The notes: a model not told the origin generated them from the letters alone. A stretch of DNA of 64,000 nt from Candidatus Bathyarchaeia archaeon (GCA_049516875.1 JBEKSS010000001.1:448001-512000), one strand, 5' to 3'. Shown: positions 32,522-43,147, numbered from the stretch's first letter. Numbers and translations are program-made.

Positions 32522-33850
32522 GTGACAACCCCGATGAAATTGGATTCAATCGGCGAGTGGCGTAGAACACATTATTCTGTCGATGTCAAACCTGGCATGG
32601 ACGGGGAAGAAGTCACACTTTTCGGATGGGTTCAGGAAATCAGAGACCTAGGCGGAATCCGATTCATAATACTGCAGGACAGAGAGGGCACGATTCAAAT
32701 CACAGTCTTGCGTAAAAAAGCAAGCAGCGAAGTCCTGTCGAAGTCGGACGCATTGCAGAAGCGATTCAGCATAGGTGTGAAGGGAACGGTGAAAAAAACT
32801 GAGATGACCCCGAGAGGCGTCGAAGTGCTGCCGAAGGAAGTCAGGATTTTCAACTCGGCCGAACAGTTGCCGATAGACATATGTGGAAAAATTCCTGCAA
32901 ACTTGGAAGTTTGTCTGGACGCGCGGGCGCTGGACCTTTGCCAAGAAAAGAACGTCGCAGTTTTCAAGATTCAGCATGCGGCAGCGGAAGCTATTCGAAG
33001 TTTTCTCTTCGAAAGGGGCTTTCTGGAAGTGCACACGCCGCGCATAATCGCCTCTGCCACCGAGGGCGGTGCCGCACTTTTTTCCGTAGACTTCTTCGAC
33101 AGGAAAGCATTCCTCGCCCAAAGCCCGCAACTGTACAAAGAAGAGCTTGTGATGAGCCTTGAAAAAGTGTTCGAGATCGGCCCGTTTTTCAGGGCTGAAA
33201 TGTCACACACACGCCGTCACTTGAGCGAGTTTGTGTCGATAGACATTGAAGAGGCTTTTGCAGACGCTGAAGACGTGATGCAGATACTTGAGCAGCTGAT
33301 GCAGCACACTTGCAGGAGTGTCGTTGAAAAATGCCAGAAGGAGCTGGCGACGCTCAAGTACAACTTGAAGGTGCCTGAAGTCCCGTTTAGGCGGATCGCT
33401 TACTCAGAGATTCTGGAAGAACTGAAACGTGAAGGAATAGCCATCAAATGGGGCGAAGACATTCCTACGCCGGCTTTCAGGACCGTGGGCAAGCTGCACC
33501 CGAGCTTTTACTTCATAGTTGACTGGCCGACAGAAGCGAAAGCCTTCTACATTAAACCGCGCGACGACAAGCCGGAAATATCTGAAGGCTTCGATCTGAT
33601 GTGGAAGTGGATAGAACTGGTTTCAGGCGGAACAAGAATAGCCTCCAAAGAACTCCTGATGAAACGGTTGAAAGAGAAAGGGTTGAATCCCGAATCGTTC
33701 AGGCATCATCTGCAAGCGTTTGACTATGGAATGCCGCCGCACGCTGGCTGGGCCATAGGTCTTGAAAGATTAACCATGGCGTTGACAGGCAAGAAGAACA
33801 TAAGAGAAGTTACACTTTATCCAAGAGACAAGTTCAGACTCACACCCTAG
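32522..33850 (+). CDS. aspS: Aspartyl-tRNA synthetase (archaeal type)
   Basis: OB fold GWVQEIRDLG, LAQSPQLYK, FRAE..HTRRHL, GMPPHAGWAIGLER. Confidence 0.96.
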   Translation: MTTPMKLDSIGEWRRTHYSVDVKPGMDGEEVTLFGWVQEIRDLGGIRFIILQDREGTIQITVLRKKASSEVLSKSDALQKRFSIGVKGTVKKTEMTPRGVEVLPKEVRIFNSAEQLPIDICGKIPANLEVCLDARALDLCQEKNVAVFKIQHAAAEAIRSFLFERGFLEVHTPRIIASATEGGAALFSVDFFDRKAFLAQSPQLYKEELVMSLEKVFEIGPFFRAEMSHTRRHLSEFVSIDIEEAFADAEDVMQILEQLMQHTCRSVVEKCQKELATLKYNLKVPEVPFRRIAYSEILEELKREGIAIKWGEDIPTPAFRTVGKLHPSFYFIVDWPTEAKAFYIKPRDDKPEISEGFDLMWKWIELVSGGTRIASKELLMKRLKEKGLNPESFRHHLQAFDYGMPPHAGWAIGLERLTMALTGKKNIREVTLYPRDKFRLTP

Positions 33851-34056
33851 GAACAGCTTTGCGGTCAGGCAGACCGAGAGCAACCAAAGCGTGAAAACCA
33901 GCTCTTCAAGCAGGGCTCTGCACGCCGATATTATGAACGCGGGCTACCCCTTGGCTTTCAGCGGTACGTATGGCACTGTTCTTGTAAAAATCAACATGGT
34001 TTTTAGCTGAAAATGTCCTAAAAACTGATTAATCCCCCTTCTATTTACTGCGCAGC

Positions 34057-35562
34057 ATGCAAGACGAGCTTAAGATAGCGTGTGGAGTGTTCGCTGCAAA
34101 GAATCTTGAGAACCGGCCGGTGTTCTCGTACATTTACTGGGGTCTGAGAGCACAGAACCACAGGGGTCACCAGTCGCACGGTTTTCTCACGTATAAGGAT
34201 GGGAAATTTCATGTTCACAGGAATCTGGATCTTGTGCCGAAGATCAAGACGAGCGCGATTCAGGAATGGTTTGGGCGTTTGCCCGGCAGCATCGGTATCG
34301 GAAACGTTAGGTACACGACTTCGGGAAAATGCGATGAGAAGTCGTTGATTAAGGGCACGCAGCCAGTTACTGCTACGAAGAACGGTTCAAAAGTGGCTAT
34401 TTCGTTTAACGGTAATGTTGTGAACACGTTTCAGCTAAGGAAGGAGATAGACAAGAAGTTTCATCGTTTTGCGTATGAGTGTGATTCAGACTTGATTTGT
34501 CACAAGCTTTTGATTGAGCTTGTGAAACGCAAGGATTTGGCGTCTGCGGTCAAGGCGTGCATGCAGGAGGTTGAGGGAGCCTTCTCCGTGGCGGGTATAA
34601 CGGAGAAAGGTGATTTCTTCGCTTTCAAGGATCCGCACGGCATTAGGCCGTTGTGCGCTGGTCACAGTCCGGACGGGTCAACCTACGTGTTTTCTTCGGA
34701 AACCGTGAGTTTGGACATTAACGGTTTTGAAAGGGACTTTGAACTGGAGCCCGGAGAGCTTGTGACCGTTTCGAAGAATGGTTTTGAAAGGCAAAAGCTT
34801 GTGAAAGATTATCGGAAAGCCTTTTGCGCTTTTGAGTTTGCGTATTTTGCGAGGCCGGATTCGCGGTTTGACGATAAATATGTTTATGAGGTTCGGGAAG
34901 AGTTTGGCAGGAACCTTGTCAAAGAGAATCCTGACGCAGTGAAGGATGCAGATATGATTCTTTCTGTGCCCGAGACGGGTGATGACTCGGCTTTGGGCGT
35001 TCACGAGGCTTCTGGAATAAGGTGGGAGAGAGCTTCGCGGAGACACCGGTATGTGACTGAGAGGGCTTTTCTGTTGCTGAGCAAGGATCGCACTTCGACG
35101 ATAGACAGGAAAATCAACATTCTAGGGCCGAAGGTTAAGGGAAAAAGGATCATAGTCACGGAGGACAGCATCGTCAGGAGCGACACGACAAGAGTCATTG
35201 TGGAGAAAATGCGGAGAATGGGCGCTAAGAAAGTGTACGTATTCGTGACTTTTCCACGCATAGTCGGACCGTGTCTCTATGGAATCGACATGGCAACATA
35301 CGGCCAGCTGATAGGTTCACGGCACAGTACGGAGGAAATTGCAAAGATAATCGGTGCGGACGCGGTTTGCTACCAGTCTTTAGAAGGACTTGTGAAGGCG
35401 ACGGGTTTCAAGCAGGACGAGCTGTGCATGGCGTGCTTGACGGGCAAGTATCCCACGCCGCTAGCTCAGAAGATAGCTGACGTGATGAAGAAACGGTTCT
35501 CGGAAGGCTACGAAGAAACGGGAAGGCTTTACGAGATAGAAGAAGCCGCCCAAACGGCGTAG
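34057..35562 (+). CDS. purF: Amidophosphoribosyltransferase
   Basis: Short propeptide then CGVF, HRG, RYTT, FEFAYFARPDS, EDSIVR, YGIDM, CMACLTGKYP. Confidence 0.95.
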   Translation: MQDELKIACGVFAAKNLENRPVFSYIYWGLRAQNHRGHQSHGFLTYKDGKFHVHRNLDLVPKIKTSAIQEWFGRLPGSIGIGNVRYTTSGKCDEKSLIKGTQPVTATKNGSKVAISFNGNVVNTFQLRKEIDKKFHRFAYECDSDLICHKLLIELVKRKDLASAVKACMQEVEGAFSVAGITEKGDFFAFKDPHGIRPLCAGHSPDGSTYVFSSETVSLDINGFERDFELEPGELVTVSKNGFERQKLVKDYRKAFCAFEFAYFARPDSRFDDKYVYEVREEFGRNLVKENPDAVKDADMILSVPETGDDSALGVHEASGIRWERASRRHRYVTERAFLLLSKDRTSTIDRKINILGPKVKGKRIIVTEDSIVRSDTTRVIVEKMRRMGAKKVYVFVTFPRIVGPCLYGIDMATYGQLIGSRHSTEEIAKIIGADAVCYQSLEGLVKATGFKQDELCMACLTGKYPTPLAQKIADVMKKRFSEGYEETGRLYEIEEAAQTA

Positions 35563-35595
35563 CGGCAAACCAAATTAGGCGTTCCCAGTTATTCT

Positions 35596-37032
35596 GTGAT
35601 CCAAGAGGGCTTGCTTGTGGAGAAGGTGGGCGTACTCGTTGTTTCCTACGGTTCAAGAGAAGCGGCGATGGTTGACGCTTTTGCCAGAAGCAGGAATTAC
35701 AGGGTTGAGCTTTACGTTGCGGACAAGCAGCGGAACCCTTTCAACGTTCAGAGAGCTGCCAAGCACGTTGTCATACCGGACTTGAACATCCGTGAAATCT
35801 GCAAGTTCGCTGAGGCCAACAAGGACAGCATCGACTTTGGCATAATCGGTCCGGAGAAGCCTATCATTGAGGGCGTGCGCGATCTTGTGGAGAAGCAGAC
35901 GGGCATACCCTTGATTTGTCCGACGAAGGAGTACGCGATAGAGGAAAGCAAGGTGCGGCAGAGGCTTTTGTTTCAGGAAATCATGCCGGAAGTGAACCCG
36001 CGCTTTAAGGTTTTTGATCCGAAGGATTACAAAAATACGGCGGAAGTGAAGCAGGCCGTTGAAAGTTGGGTTGACGAGCTGCAAGACCAGGCGGTCGTGA
36101 AGCCTGACAAGCCTACTGCGGGAAAAGGAGTGGGCGTCTGGGGAGATCACTTCACCACGCGGGAAGAATTGTTTGAACACTTCCTCTCCAACTATCAGCA
36201 CGGCACCGTTATTATTGAAGAAAAGGTTGAGGGGGAAGAATCGAGTTTTCAGGCTTTCTGCGACGGCAAACGGCTCGTGCCACTTCCCGACACGAGAGAC
36301 CACAAACGCGCGTTCGACGACGATAGAGGACCGAATACGGGTGGAATGGGCAGCTACAAGGATAAGGGCGACGTGTTGCCGTTCCTGTCCAAGGCGGATC
36401 GGCAGAGAGAATTGGAGGTTGTGGAGAAGATTTTTGGAAGGTGGAAGTCGAGGGCAAAGGACGGTTCAGGCTTGAGGGGTGTGCCGTTGTACGTGGCTTT
36501 CATGCACACGGGCGAGGGGTTGAAGATTCTTGAAAACAACAGCCGTCCGGGAGACCCCGAAATAATGAATGTTCTGCCAGTCTTGAAGGAGGATTTTGTT
36601 GATGTGTGTTTTAGGATTTTGGAGGGGAATTTGACAGGCATCGAGTTGGAGAAGTCGGCGACTGTTGCAACGTATAAGGTTCCGCCCAGCTACGGTGGAT
36701 ACGCCGAGACTTTCCCCGATCTGGTGAGAAAAGGCGAAGTTGGCATGTCTGTTGACTTGTCAGGAGCATACGGGCTGAGCAAGAAGTACGGTGACAATAT
36801 TCGTGTTTATCCGGGGTCGATGGAGCAGCGCGACGGCGAAACTTATGCTCTTAAGTCGCGAGCCGTGTGTGTTGTGGGTGTCGGTGACGATTTGGAGACG
36901 GCGAGAAAGGTTTCTCTCGAAGGCCTAAACGCCGTCAAGGGCGGAGCACTGTGGAGCAGAAGTGACATTGCTTCCAAGAGGCATATTGAAAGAAGCGTGA
37001 AACATATGGAGGAGTTGAGGCGCAAACGGTGA
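35596..37032 (+). CDS. purD: Phosphoribosylamine-glycine ligase
   Basis: GSRE, IGPE, GKGV, DHKRAFDDDRGPNTGGMG, RPGDPE. Confidence 0.93.
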   Translation: MIQEGLLVEKVGVLVVSYGSREAAMVDAFARSRNYRVELYVADKQRNPFNVQRAAKHVVIPDLNIREICKFAEANKDSIDFGIIGPEKPIIEGVRDLVEKQTGIPLICPTKEYAIEESKVRQRLLFQEIMPEVNPRFKVFDPKDYKNTAEVKQAVESWVDELQDQAVVKPDKPTAGKGVGVWGDHFTTREELFEHFLSNYQHGTVIIEEKVEGEESSFQAFCDGKRLVPLPDTRDHKRAFDDDRGPNTGGMGSYKDKGDVLPFLSKADRQRELEVVEKIFGRWKSRAKDGSGLRGVPLYVAFMHTGEGLKILENNSRPGDPEIMNVLPVLKEDFVDVCFRILEGNLTGIELEKSATVATYKVPPSYGGYAETFPDLVRKGEVGMSVDLSGAYGLSKKYGDNIRVYPGSMEQRDGETYALKSRAVCVVGVGDDLETARKVSLEGLNAVKGGALWSRSDIASKRHIERSVKHMEELRRKR

Positions 37033-38111
37033 GGAGAGTCTTTGTCTCGGACTGTGAGGGGCCGATTTCAAAGAATGACAATGCTTTCGAGTTGACGTCA
37101 CGGTTCGTTCCTGACGGGGACAAGCTGTTCACGGTTGTGAGCAGGTATGACGATGTGCTCGCAGAGGTTGTGAATAAACAGGGCTACGAAGCTGGCGGCA
37201 CGGTCAAGCTGGTTCTGCCCTTTCTCAAGGCTCACGGCGTTACGGATCGGAAGATGCGGGAATTCTCGGCCGAACACTTGGTTTGCGTTCCGGGCATAAA
37301 GGACACGCTCCAACACGTTAGGGCTTTGGCTCCTGCGTTTATCGTCAGTGCGAGTTACGAGCATTATTTGAGAGCCTTGTGCGAAGTTCTGGAGTTTCCT
37401 TTTGAGAACACGTACTGTACGAGAGTCTGCATGGACAAGTACGGGATTCGAGAGAAAGAGAAGGAGGAGTTGAAGCAGACTGCGAAGGAGATCGCGCATA
37501 TGCCGGTGTTTGAGATCCCGTCAGACGCGGAGTCACTGGATGATCTGCCGGGAGAGGACGAGAAAACGGTGAGACGGCTTGATGAGATTTTCTGGAAGAG
37601 AATTGCGGAGATGGAGATTGGCAGAATCTATTGTGATGTCAACCCGGTGGGTGGGGGCGAAAAGGCTGAGGCGATAAAGGACATAGTTGAAAGGCTGGGC
37701 GTTGCGGTGGCAGATGTCATGTATGTGGGTGACAGCATAACAGATGACGAGGCTTTCAAGTTTGTAGATAGAAAGGGCGGCTTAACCGTGTCTTTTAACG
37801 GCAACCAATACGCTGTGAAAAACGCTGAAATTGCAGTTTTGTCCGATAACAGCATCGTGACAGCTGTCATTGCAGACGTGTTTCTTAGGCTTGGAAAATC
37901 AGAAACCCTAGACCTGGTGAAAAACTGGAACAGTAAAGCGCTGGAAAAGAGCTCGGTTAGTCAAAATGTGCTTAATCGGCTCTTCAAAGCGTATCCGGGC
38001 AAGCTGCCTAAAGCTAAAATAATTACGGACCAGAATATGGAGACTCTGGCAGAAGAAAGCAGCAAGTTTAGAAACAAAGTCAGAGGAGAGGCCGCAGGCA
38101 GGTTGGGTTGA
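37029..38111 (+). CDS. HAD-superfamily hydrolase (EhaR-like)
   Basis: SDCEGPISKNDNA, IVSASY, GGGEKA, YVGDSITD, SFNGN; GTGA overlap with purD. Confidence 0.8.
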   Translation: MRRVFVSDCEGPISKNDNAFELTSRFVPDGDKLFTVVSRYDDVLAEVVNKQGYEAGGTVKLVLPFLKAHGVTDRKMREFSAEHLVCVPGIKDTLQHVRALAPAFIVSASYEHYLRALCEVLEFPFENTYCTRVCMDKYGIREKEKEELKQTAKEIAHMPVFEIPSDAESLDDLPGEDEKTVRRLDEIFWKRIAEMEIGRIYCDVNPVGGGEKAEAIKDIVERLGVAVADVMYVGDSITDDEAFKFVDRKGGLTVSFNGNQYAVKNAEIAVLSDNSIVTAVIADVFLRLGKSETLDLVKNWNSKALEKSSVSQNVLNRLFKAYPGKLPKAKIITDQNMETLAEESSKFRNKVRGEAAGRLG

Positions 38112-39026
38112 ATGGTTCGGAAGGATTTGGTTGAGGACACTTATGCTGAAGCGTTTGACGGCTTGTACGTGCGAGTCATTGTCACTGCGGATGATGAGGA
38201 AACGTTGAAGAAGGCGGCGGAAGACGCTACTGCTTCGCCGTCGGGAGTAATAGGTAGGCTTGAGGGTGGAATTGAAAAATGGCTGAACGCTGAGGAAACT
38301 CCGGACAGGCGGAAAGGAGCTGTTCTGCAGCTTTGGAAGGGGTTGGACAAGGGGAAATCTTTGGAGAGTGTGGTTGAGCGGTTTGAGAGGGAGCTTTCTT
38401 ATCGGGTTCGGCAGGACATTCTTGTGAAGCCTTTCACCGCGGTTTTTGATGCTTTGTCTGTTAAGGCTGAGGGAAGAATGGACATGATGGAAAAGGTTGG
38501 GCACTGTGGCGATGGGTATGAGTGGGAGAAGCAGCTCTATGGTCGAAGTATGATTGTTGTTCCGATTATGGTGCCTGATTTTTTTATTGAGCGGCATGTC
38601 GGTTATGCTCGGGGGGTTTCTGGTGGCAATTTTTGGATGATGTGCAGGACGAAGAAGGCGGTGAGGGAGGCTGGCAAGGCGGCGTTGGAAGCCATAGGCA
38701 AGGTTGAAGGAGTGATAACGCCTTTTGACGTTTGTTCGGCTGGGTCGAAGACTGAGACCAAATTTCCGTTGATAGGGCCGACGACGAATCATCCTTATTG
38801 TCCGTCGCTGAAGGAGAAGTTGGGCAGAGAGTCGTTGGTTCCTGAAGGAGTCAACTACATTCCTGAAATAGTGATCAGCGGCGTTTCGATGCGTGCGGTG
38901 AAAGAGGCGATGAAGGCTGGGATTGAAGCAAGTTTGACTGTTGACGGCGTTGTGAAGGTCTCTGCAGGAAACTACGGAGGAAAATTGGGTGAGTACAAGA
39001 TTTACTTGCGTGAGCTGTTCCGATGA
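38112..39026 (+). CDS. ftr: Formylmethanofuran:H4MPT formyltransferase family protein (Ftr paralog, EhaS-like)
   Basis: [45 protein letters not shown]. Confidence 0.85.
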   Translation: MVRKDLVEDTYAEAFDGLYVRVIVTADDEETLKKAAEDATASPSGVIGRLEGGIEKWLNAEETPDRRKGAVLQLWKGLDKGKSLESVVERFERELSYRVRQDILVKPFTAVFDALSVKAEGRMDMMEKVGHCGDGYEWEKQLYGRSMIVVPIMVPDFFIERHVGYARGVSGGNFWMMCRTKKAVREAGKAALEAIGKVEGVITPFDVCSAGSKTETKFPLIGPTTNHPYCPSLKEKLGRESLVPEGVNYIPEIVISGVSMRAVKEAMKAGIEASLTVDGVVKVSAGNYGGKLGEYKIYLRELFR

Positions 39027-39940
39027 GCAGATTTGACGTTGTGGGGTTCGGCGCGCTTAACGTGGACAAGCTTTTCAAGGTGAACAGGATAGCCGCGAAG
39101 GAAGAGGAGAGCTTCATAACAGATTTTATTGAGACCTGCGGTGGGTCAGCGGCAAACACTGTTGTAGGCTTGGCAAGACTTGGCTGCAAAGTGGGTTTTA
39201 TTGGAAAAGTTGCCAGTGACAGAGAAGGAAAGATGCTGCTTGAAGAGTTCCGCAGAGAAGGCGTCGACATAAAAGGCGTAGCGGTTGCAAAGAAGGGCAG
39301 AAGCGGCACAGTCATGGGATTCGTGGACGAAAAAGGTGAACGGGCACTGTACATTGATCCGGGCGTAAACGATCAAGTAGGGTTTAATGAGAATATCATG
39401 AGATATGCGTCTCAAACGACGTTTCTTCACTTGACTTCTTTTGTGGGGGAAGAGTCCTTTCAGGCGCAAAAGAGGATTCTTGAGACGATTCCTGAAGATG
39501 CCATGGTGAGCTTTGATCCTGGTGCGTTGCACGCGAGGAAAGGGTTGGCTGCATTGGAATCGATTGTTGGGAGGACTTTTGTTTTGATGCCGAACGCGGG
39601 TGAACTTGAACTATTGACAGGCATGGCCGATTATAGAAAGGGCGCTGAAGCCTTGCTTAGGAAGGGTGTGAAGGTTGTTGCAGTCAAGTTGGGCAGCAGA
39701 GGGTGCTATGTGACTGATGGGAGACAGAGCCACAACGTGGAAGCGTTCAAGGTGAACGTGGTGGATACGACTGGTGCTGGGGACGCTTTTTGTGCGGGGT
39801 TCCTCTACGGCTTGATTGAACATGAGAGTCTTGAGGAGTGTGGAAGGATAGGGAATTTCGTGGCATCTAGATGCACAACAAGAATGGGAGCAAGAGTAGG
39901 ACTGCCAACACTCAAGGATTTGACAAAGCTACACAGATAG
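39023..39940 (+). CDS. PfkB/ribokinase-family kinase (EhaT-like / nucleoside kinase)
   Basis: [25 protein letters not shown]; ATGA overlap with ftr. Confidence 0.9.
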   Translation: MSRFDVVGFGALNVDKLFKVNRIAAKEEESFITDFIETCGGSAANTVVGLARLGCKVGFIGKVASDREGKMLLEEFRREGVDIKGVAVAKKGRSGTVMGFVDEKGERALYIDPGVNDQVGFNENIMRYASQTTFLHLTSFVGEESFQAQKRILETIPEDAMVSFDPGALHARKGLAALESIVGRTFVLMPNAGELELLTGMADYRKGAEALLRKGVKVVAVKLGSRGCYVTDGRQSHNVEAFKVNVVDTTGAGDAFCAGFLYGLIEHESLEECGRIGNFVASRCTTRMGARVGLPTLKDLTKLHR

Positions 39941-40348
39941 AATTTCTTTAACCTTGCCCAAGAACGTCTCAGCGTTCTTTACTATGCTCGTAGCTCCTTC
40001 CTCTGAGAATATGAGGCCATAATCAGCCTCTTCTCTTAGGCTCATGGCTTCTTCAAAGTCGTGAATCAGTCCTGATTCAACCCGATTTTCAAATAATTCT
40101 CTTAACGCTATCAGCAACGCGTAATGACTCTTCTCTCTGTATCCCTTGCTGTAAACGAGTGCTCTTGCCGCATGAAACATGGAATAATAACCCTGTATTG
40201 TAGCCCATTTGAACCTCTTCCTCCACAAAGAGTCCTTTGCCTCCTCCAAATCAGAGACGGCTCCTTCGACTTCCTTGATGACTAATTTTCTGTCCGACCT
40301 TATCCTGATCAATCTTCTCTCTTCGATGAAACGCTCGAATTCGCTCAT
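39929..40348 (-). CDS. HEPN-domain toxin
   Basis: WATIQGYYSMFH, KSH, REEADY. Confidence 0.88.
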   Translation of the reverse strand: MSEFERFIEERRLIRIRSDRKLVIKEVEGAVSDLEEAKDSLWRKRFKWATIQGYYSMFHAARALVYSKGYREKSHYALLIALRELFENRVESGLIHDFEEAMSLREEADYGLIFSEEGATSIVKNAETFLGKVKEILSV

Positions 40349-40887
40349 TCAGACTCCCACAAAGTAACTCCTTTCAAAATTCTCTCGTACAAGGGCTTGT
40401 CCTCCTTCTTCAACTTCACGAACTCGTTTGAGTTAACAACAATCGGTGATATCCTTTTCAGAACACTTTTTTGATAATCACTGATACTCGACCTCACTTT
40501 ATCCTTTTCATTCGTGAGAATGAACAAATCCACATCGCTTTCTTTCGCATCAGTCCCCTCTGAACAGCTTCCAAACAAAATTATCTTCTTACTGCTGTTT
40601 CTTATCTGCTCAACCAATGCATTAAGGGAATATACGTTGAAAAGAACCTTGAACTGCCTTGCCACAGCGTTTTTCGAGTTAAACCTGTAAAAAACCATCC
40701 TACCCCTTCTGCTTCTTTGCAGGACTTTGACTTCAGAAAGCAGTCTAAGAACTCTGTTTGCAGAACCTTCACTCACCCGCGCTCTTCTCGCCACTTCTCT
40801 CTCGTGAATTTCCTGCACAGGATCTTCATGAAACAGATAGAGAACCTTCAGCAGAGTCGGCGTAATGAAATCCAATTTTTTGAGCAT
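40345..40887 (-). CDS. HTH-minimal nucleotidyltransferase (MNT) antitoxin
   Basis: wHTH + LFGS..GT...SDVDLFI; ATGA overlap with HEPN. Confidence 0.88.
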   Translation of the reverse strand: MLKKLDFITPTLLKVLYLFHEDPVQEIHEREVARRARVSEGSANRVLRLLSEVKVLQRSRRGRMVFYRFNSKNAVARQFKVLFNVYSLNALVEQIRNSSKKIILFGSCSEGTDAKESDVDLFILTNEKDKVRSSISDYQKSVLKRISPIVVNSNEFVKLKKEDKPLYERILKGVTLWESE

Positions 40888-41256
40888 ATGCTCATTATTT
40901 TGAAACCCAAGAATAAATGCTTTGTTAAGCTGGATTCTTCAGTCGTTCTCGGCGTCCCGCTTAAACAGCCTGTATTTCTGCAAATGAACATCCTGTAAAG
41001 TCATGCCACATACAATATTACGAACAGAGCCCTCCTAATCCTTTTTTTTTATACAGTATAATGAATTTCTGCGAAATTGTGGTTTGATGGAACTGAGACC
41101 TTAAGGAGTGGAGACGTCTCCCGAATTCAGTCGTCACACGACCGTTTTCTTCTAAGAATGAATTGGTCAAAACTGGCTTAAGAAGAGTGATAGAGAGGAA
41201 TGGTGCAACAGAAAATGCAAAGACTTAAATTGGCTGATTTTTATTTTCAAATCGAA

Positions 41257-41616
41257 ATGGATTCTTCAAAGTCAATGTTGACTGCTTTGAGGTTCAATGA
41301 AAGAATTAACCAGCAAGACCTTGAAGGTTTAGCTGAATTAATGACTGATGACCACACCCTCATAGTCGTAGCAAATAACAAAGGAGAGACGACTAAAGGT
41401 AAAAATGTTGTGAAAGAGGGTTGGAGAGGGTTCTTCAAGAAATACCCTGATTACAGAAACATGTTCACGTGTGTAACAATTCAAGACAATGTTGTTGTTA
41501 TGGTTGGCTGTTCTACGTGCTCTTTCAAACCTCTCGATGGTCCAAACATGTGGACTGCTAAAATACGTGGTGAACGCATCTCCGAATGGAAAGTATGCTG
41601 GCTGGACGAAAGGTAG
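41257..41616 (+). CDS. NTF2/SnoaL-like protein
   Basis: FNERINQQDLEGLAELMTDD, W..FF..YPD, ISEW. Confidence 0.75.
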   Translation: MDSSKSMLTALRFNERINQQDLEGLAELMTDDHTLIVVANNKGETTKGKNVVKEGWRGFFKKYPDYRNMFTCVTIQDNVVVMVGCSTCSFKPLDGPNMWTAKIRGERISEWKVCWLDER

Positions 41617-41797
41617 GAACAAGACTCCATCCAACTTGCGCAATCTTGTGAAAGGCAAGGTCAGAACGAAAATAGGTCATCGCAGGATCAACTGCTCCTG
41701 CAACACACCTTTTCATCTTTTTGCTTGAAGAAGGGTGGCTTCCAAGGCGTGTGGTCGGTGGGAAGATTTATATGTATTGTTGAATGGATGTACTACA

Positions 41798-42055
41798 ATG
41801 ACAAGGTTGGAAAACGAGGTCGTAGTAACTCGGAAAGGTCAGACAACAATTCCCGTGCGGCTCCGTCAGAAGTACAAGATTGAAGAAGGAACAAGGCTCC
41901 AGGTCATCGAAACTGAAGAGGGGATACTCTTCAAACCCAAGAAATCCACGTTGGATCTTGCTGGTTCTGGGTCCCAGTATGCAACTCCCAAAGAAATGAA
42001 GAAGCTTTTGGATAAGCTCAGGGAAGAAGATGTCTCGAACGGTTTACGACACTAG
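41798..42055 (+). CDS. AbrB/MazE-type antitoxin
   Basis: VTRKGQTTIPVRLRQKYKIEEG. Confidence 0.9.
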   Translation: MTRLENEVVVTRKGQTTIPVRLRQKYKIEEGTRLQVIETEEGILFKPKKSTLDLAGSGSQYATPKEMKKLLDKLREEDVSNGLRH

Positions 42056-42413
42056 ATTCTTCATCGAACACTACTACTCCAAGGACGAAAGGACACTTCA
42101 AAGAACTAAAGAAGAAATGAGAGGCCGAGAAAAATATATTTCAGCCATCGTGATCCACGAAGTCTATCAACTTACACTCGTGCGCGAGGGACGCGAACCT
42201 GCCGTGTTGAGAACGACGTTGCTGGAGAAGGACTTCAAGACAGTGAAGGTGGATGCAGAAATCGCAAAAAGCTCGGCCGAATTCAGACACAAGTACAAGC
42301 TCTCGATGGCTATCAGCATGATAGCAGCTACAGCGTCACATTTGAAGGCAACGTGCATCTCAGATGACTCTCATTTTCAAGCCGTCAAAGAAATCAAAAC
42401 AAGATGGATCTAG
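42030..42413 (+). CDS. PIN-domain VapC toxin
   Basis: YDT, HEV, ISDDSHF; third conserved Asp replaced (SMAIS). Confidence 0.85.
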   Translation: MSRTVYDTRFFIEHYYSKDERTLQRTKEEMRGREKYISAIVIHEVYQLTLVREGREPAVLRTTLLEKDFKTVKVDAEIAKSSAEFRHKYKLSMAISMIAATASHLKATCISDDSHFQAVKEIKTRWI

Positions 42414-42577
42414 AAACCTCTAGAACCAACCAAACATTTCCACAGCATCATTTTCCCTGCCTTTGCCACGATGTTTCACGCTGTCGCCCGCGGGATTTGC
42501 GTCATGGGAACCGTTAACCTTATATAGTAATATGAATTATTTGTCATATGACAAATGTGTCATGTGAGTTGATGTGG

Positions 42578-42952
42578 ATGAAGCGCGGGCTTGCTGAAAC
42601 TTGCTACGTTTTCTTCAAGAATCTGGCAAATCCAACACGGCTAGCTATCCTGGAGACTCTGCGGGATGCACCAAGAAACGTTAACGAGATCGCTGAAGAG
42701 TTGAAGCAGGAACAGAGCATGATCTCTCACAACCTCAGAGCTTTAGAAAAATGCGGATTCGTGTTTTCGGAAAGGAGGAAAAAACAGCGTTTCTATTCGT
42801 TGAACAAGGAAACAATGGAACCACTATTCAAGACATTCGCACATCACTTCGAAAAGTACTGTCCCACGGGGGGAAAATGCCTTACTGCGAAAGGCCTTAG
42901 AGAACGAAGAAAGAAGGAGGCTTCTCGTCAGTTGCATGTGACCCATCAATAA
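42578..42952 (+). CDS. ArsR/SmtB-family regulator
   Basis: FKNLANPTRLAIL, QSMISHNLRAL, C-terminal HH..YC...C. Confidence 0.88.
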   Translation: MKRGLAETCYVFFKNLANPTRLAILETLRDAPRNVNEIAEELKQEQSMISHNLRALEKCGFVFSERRKKQRFYSLNKETMEPLFKTFAHHFEKYCPTGGKCLTAKGLRERRKKEASRQLHVTHQ

Positions 42953-42973
42953 TCGGTGGAGGGAGGTGACAGT

Positions 42974-43147
42974 ATGAGCAAAGGCAAAATGAAGATGATG
43001 ACGTGTCCCGCATGCGGATGGACCGTGAAAACGCCGTTTGGCGAAAACGACATAGCGGAACATTCGATGTTACACGCCAAGAATCATCATCCTGAAATGA
43101 TGAACATGAAAAAGGAAGATCTCATGAAGATGGTGAAGGATGCATGA
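42974..43147 (+). CDS. Small DUF1059-like metal-binding protein
   Basis: CPACGW...HSMLHAKNHH; GGAGGTGA RBS. Confidence 0.7.
   Translation: MSKGKMKMMTCPACGWTVKTPFGENDIAEHSMLHAKNHHPEMMNMKKEDLMKMVKDA

Noticed and set aside
37908-38792. 294 aa minus-strand ORF and other long antisense ORFs (e.g. 35653-36303, 17764-18396, 56758-57339)
   Set aside because: Shadows of well-supported genes on the opposite strand with biased codon usage
38112-39026. Evidence of methanogenesis or an Eha hydrogenase
   Set aside because: No mcr, fwd or hydrogenase subunit genes in the window; context is purine biosynthesis
23682-39056. GCGCGC hexamers inside rpl24e (~23682) and pfkB (~39051)
   Set aside because: Short, explained by Ala/Arg/Gly codons; not counted as boundary motifs
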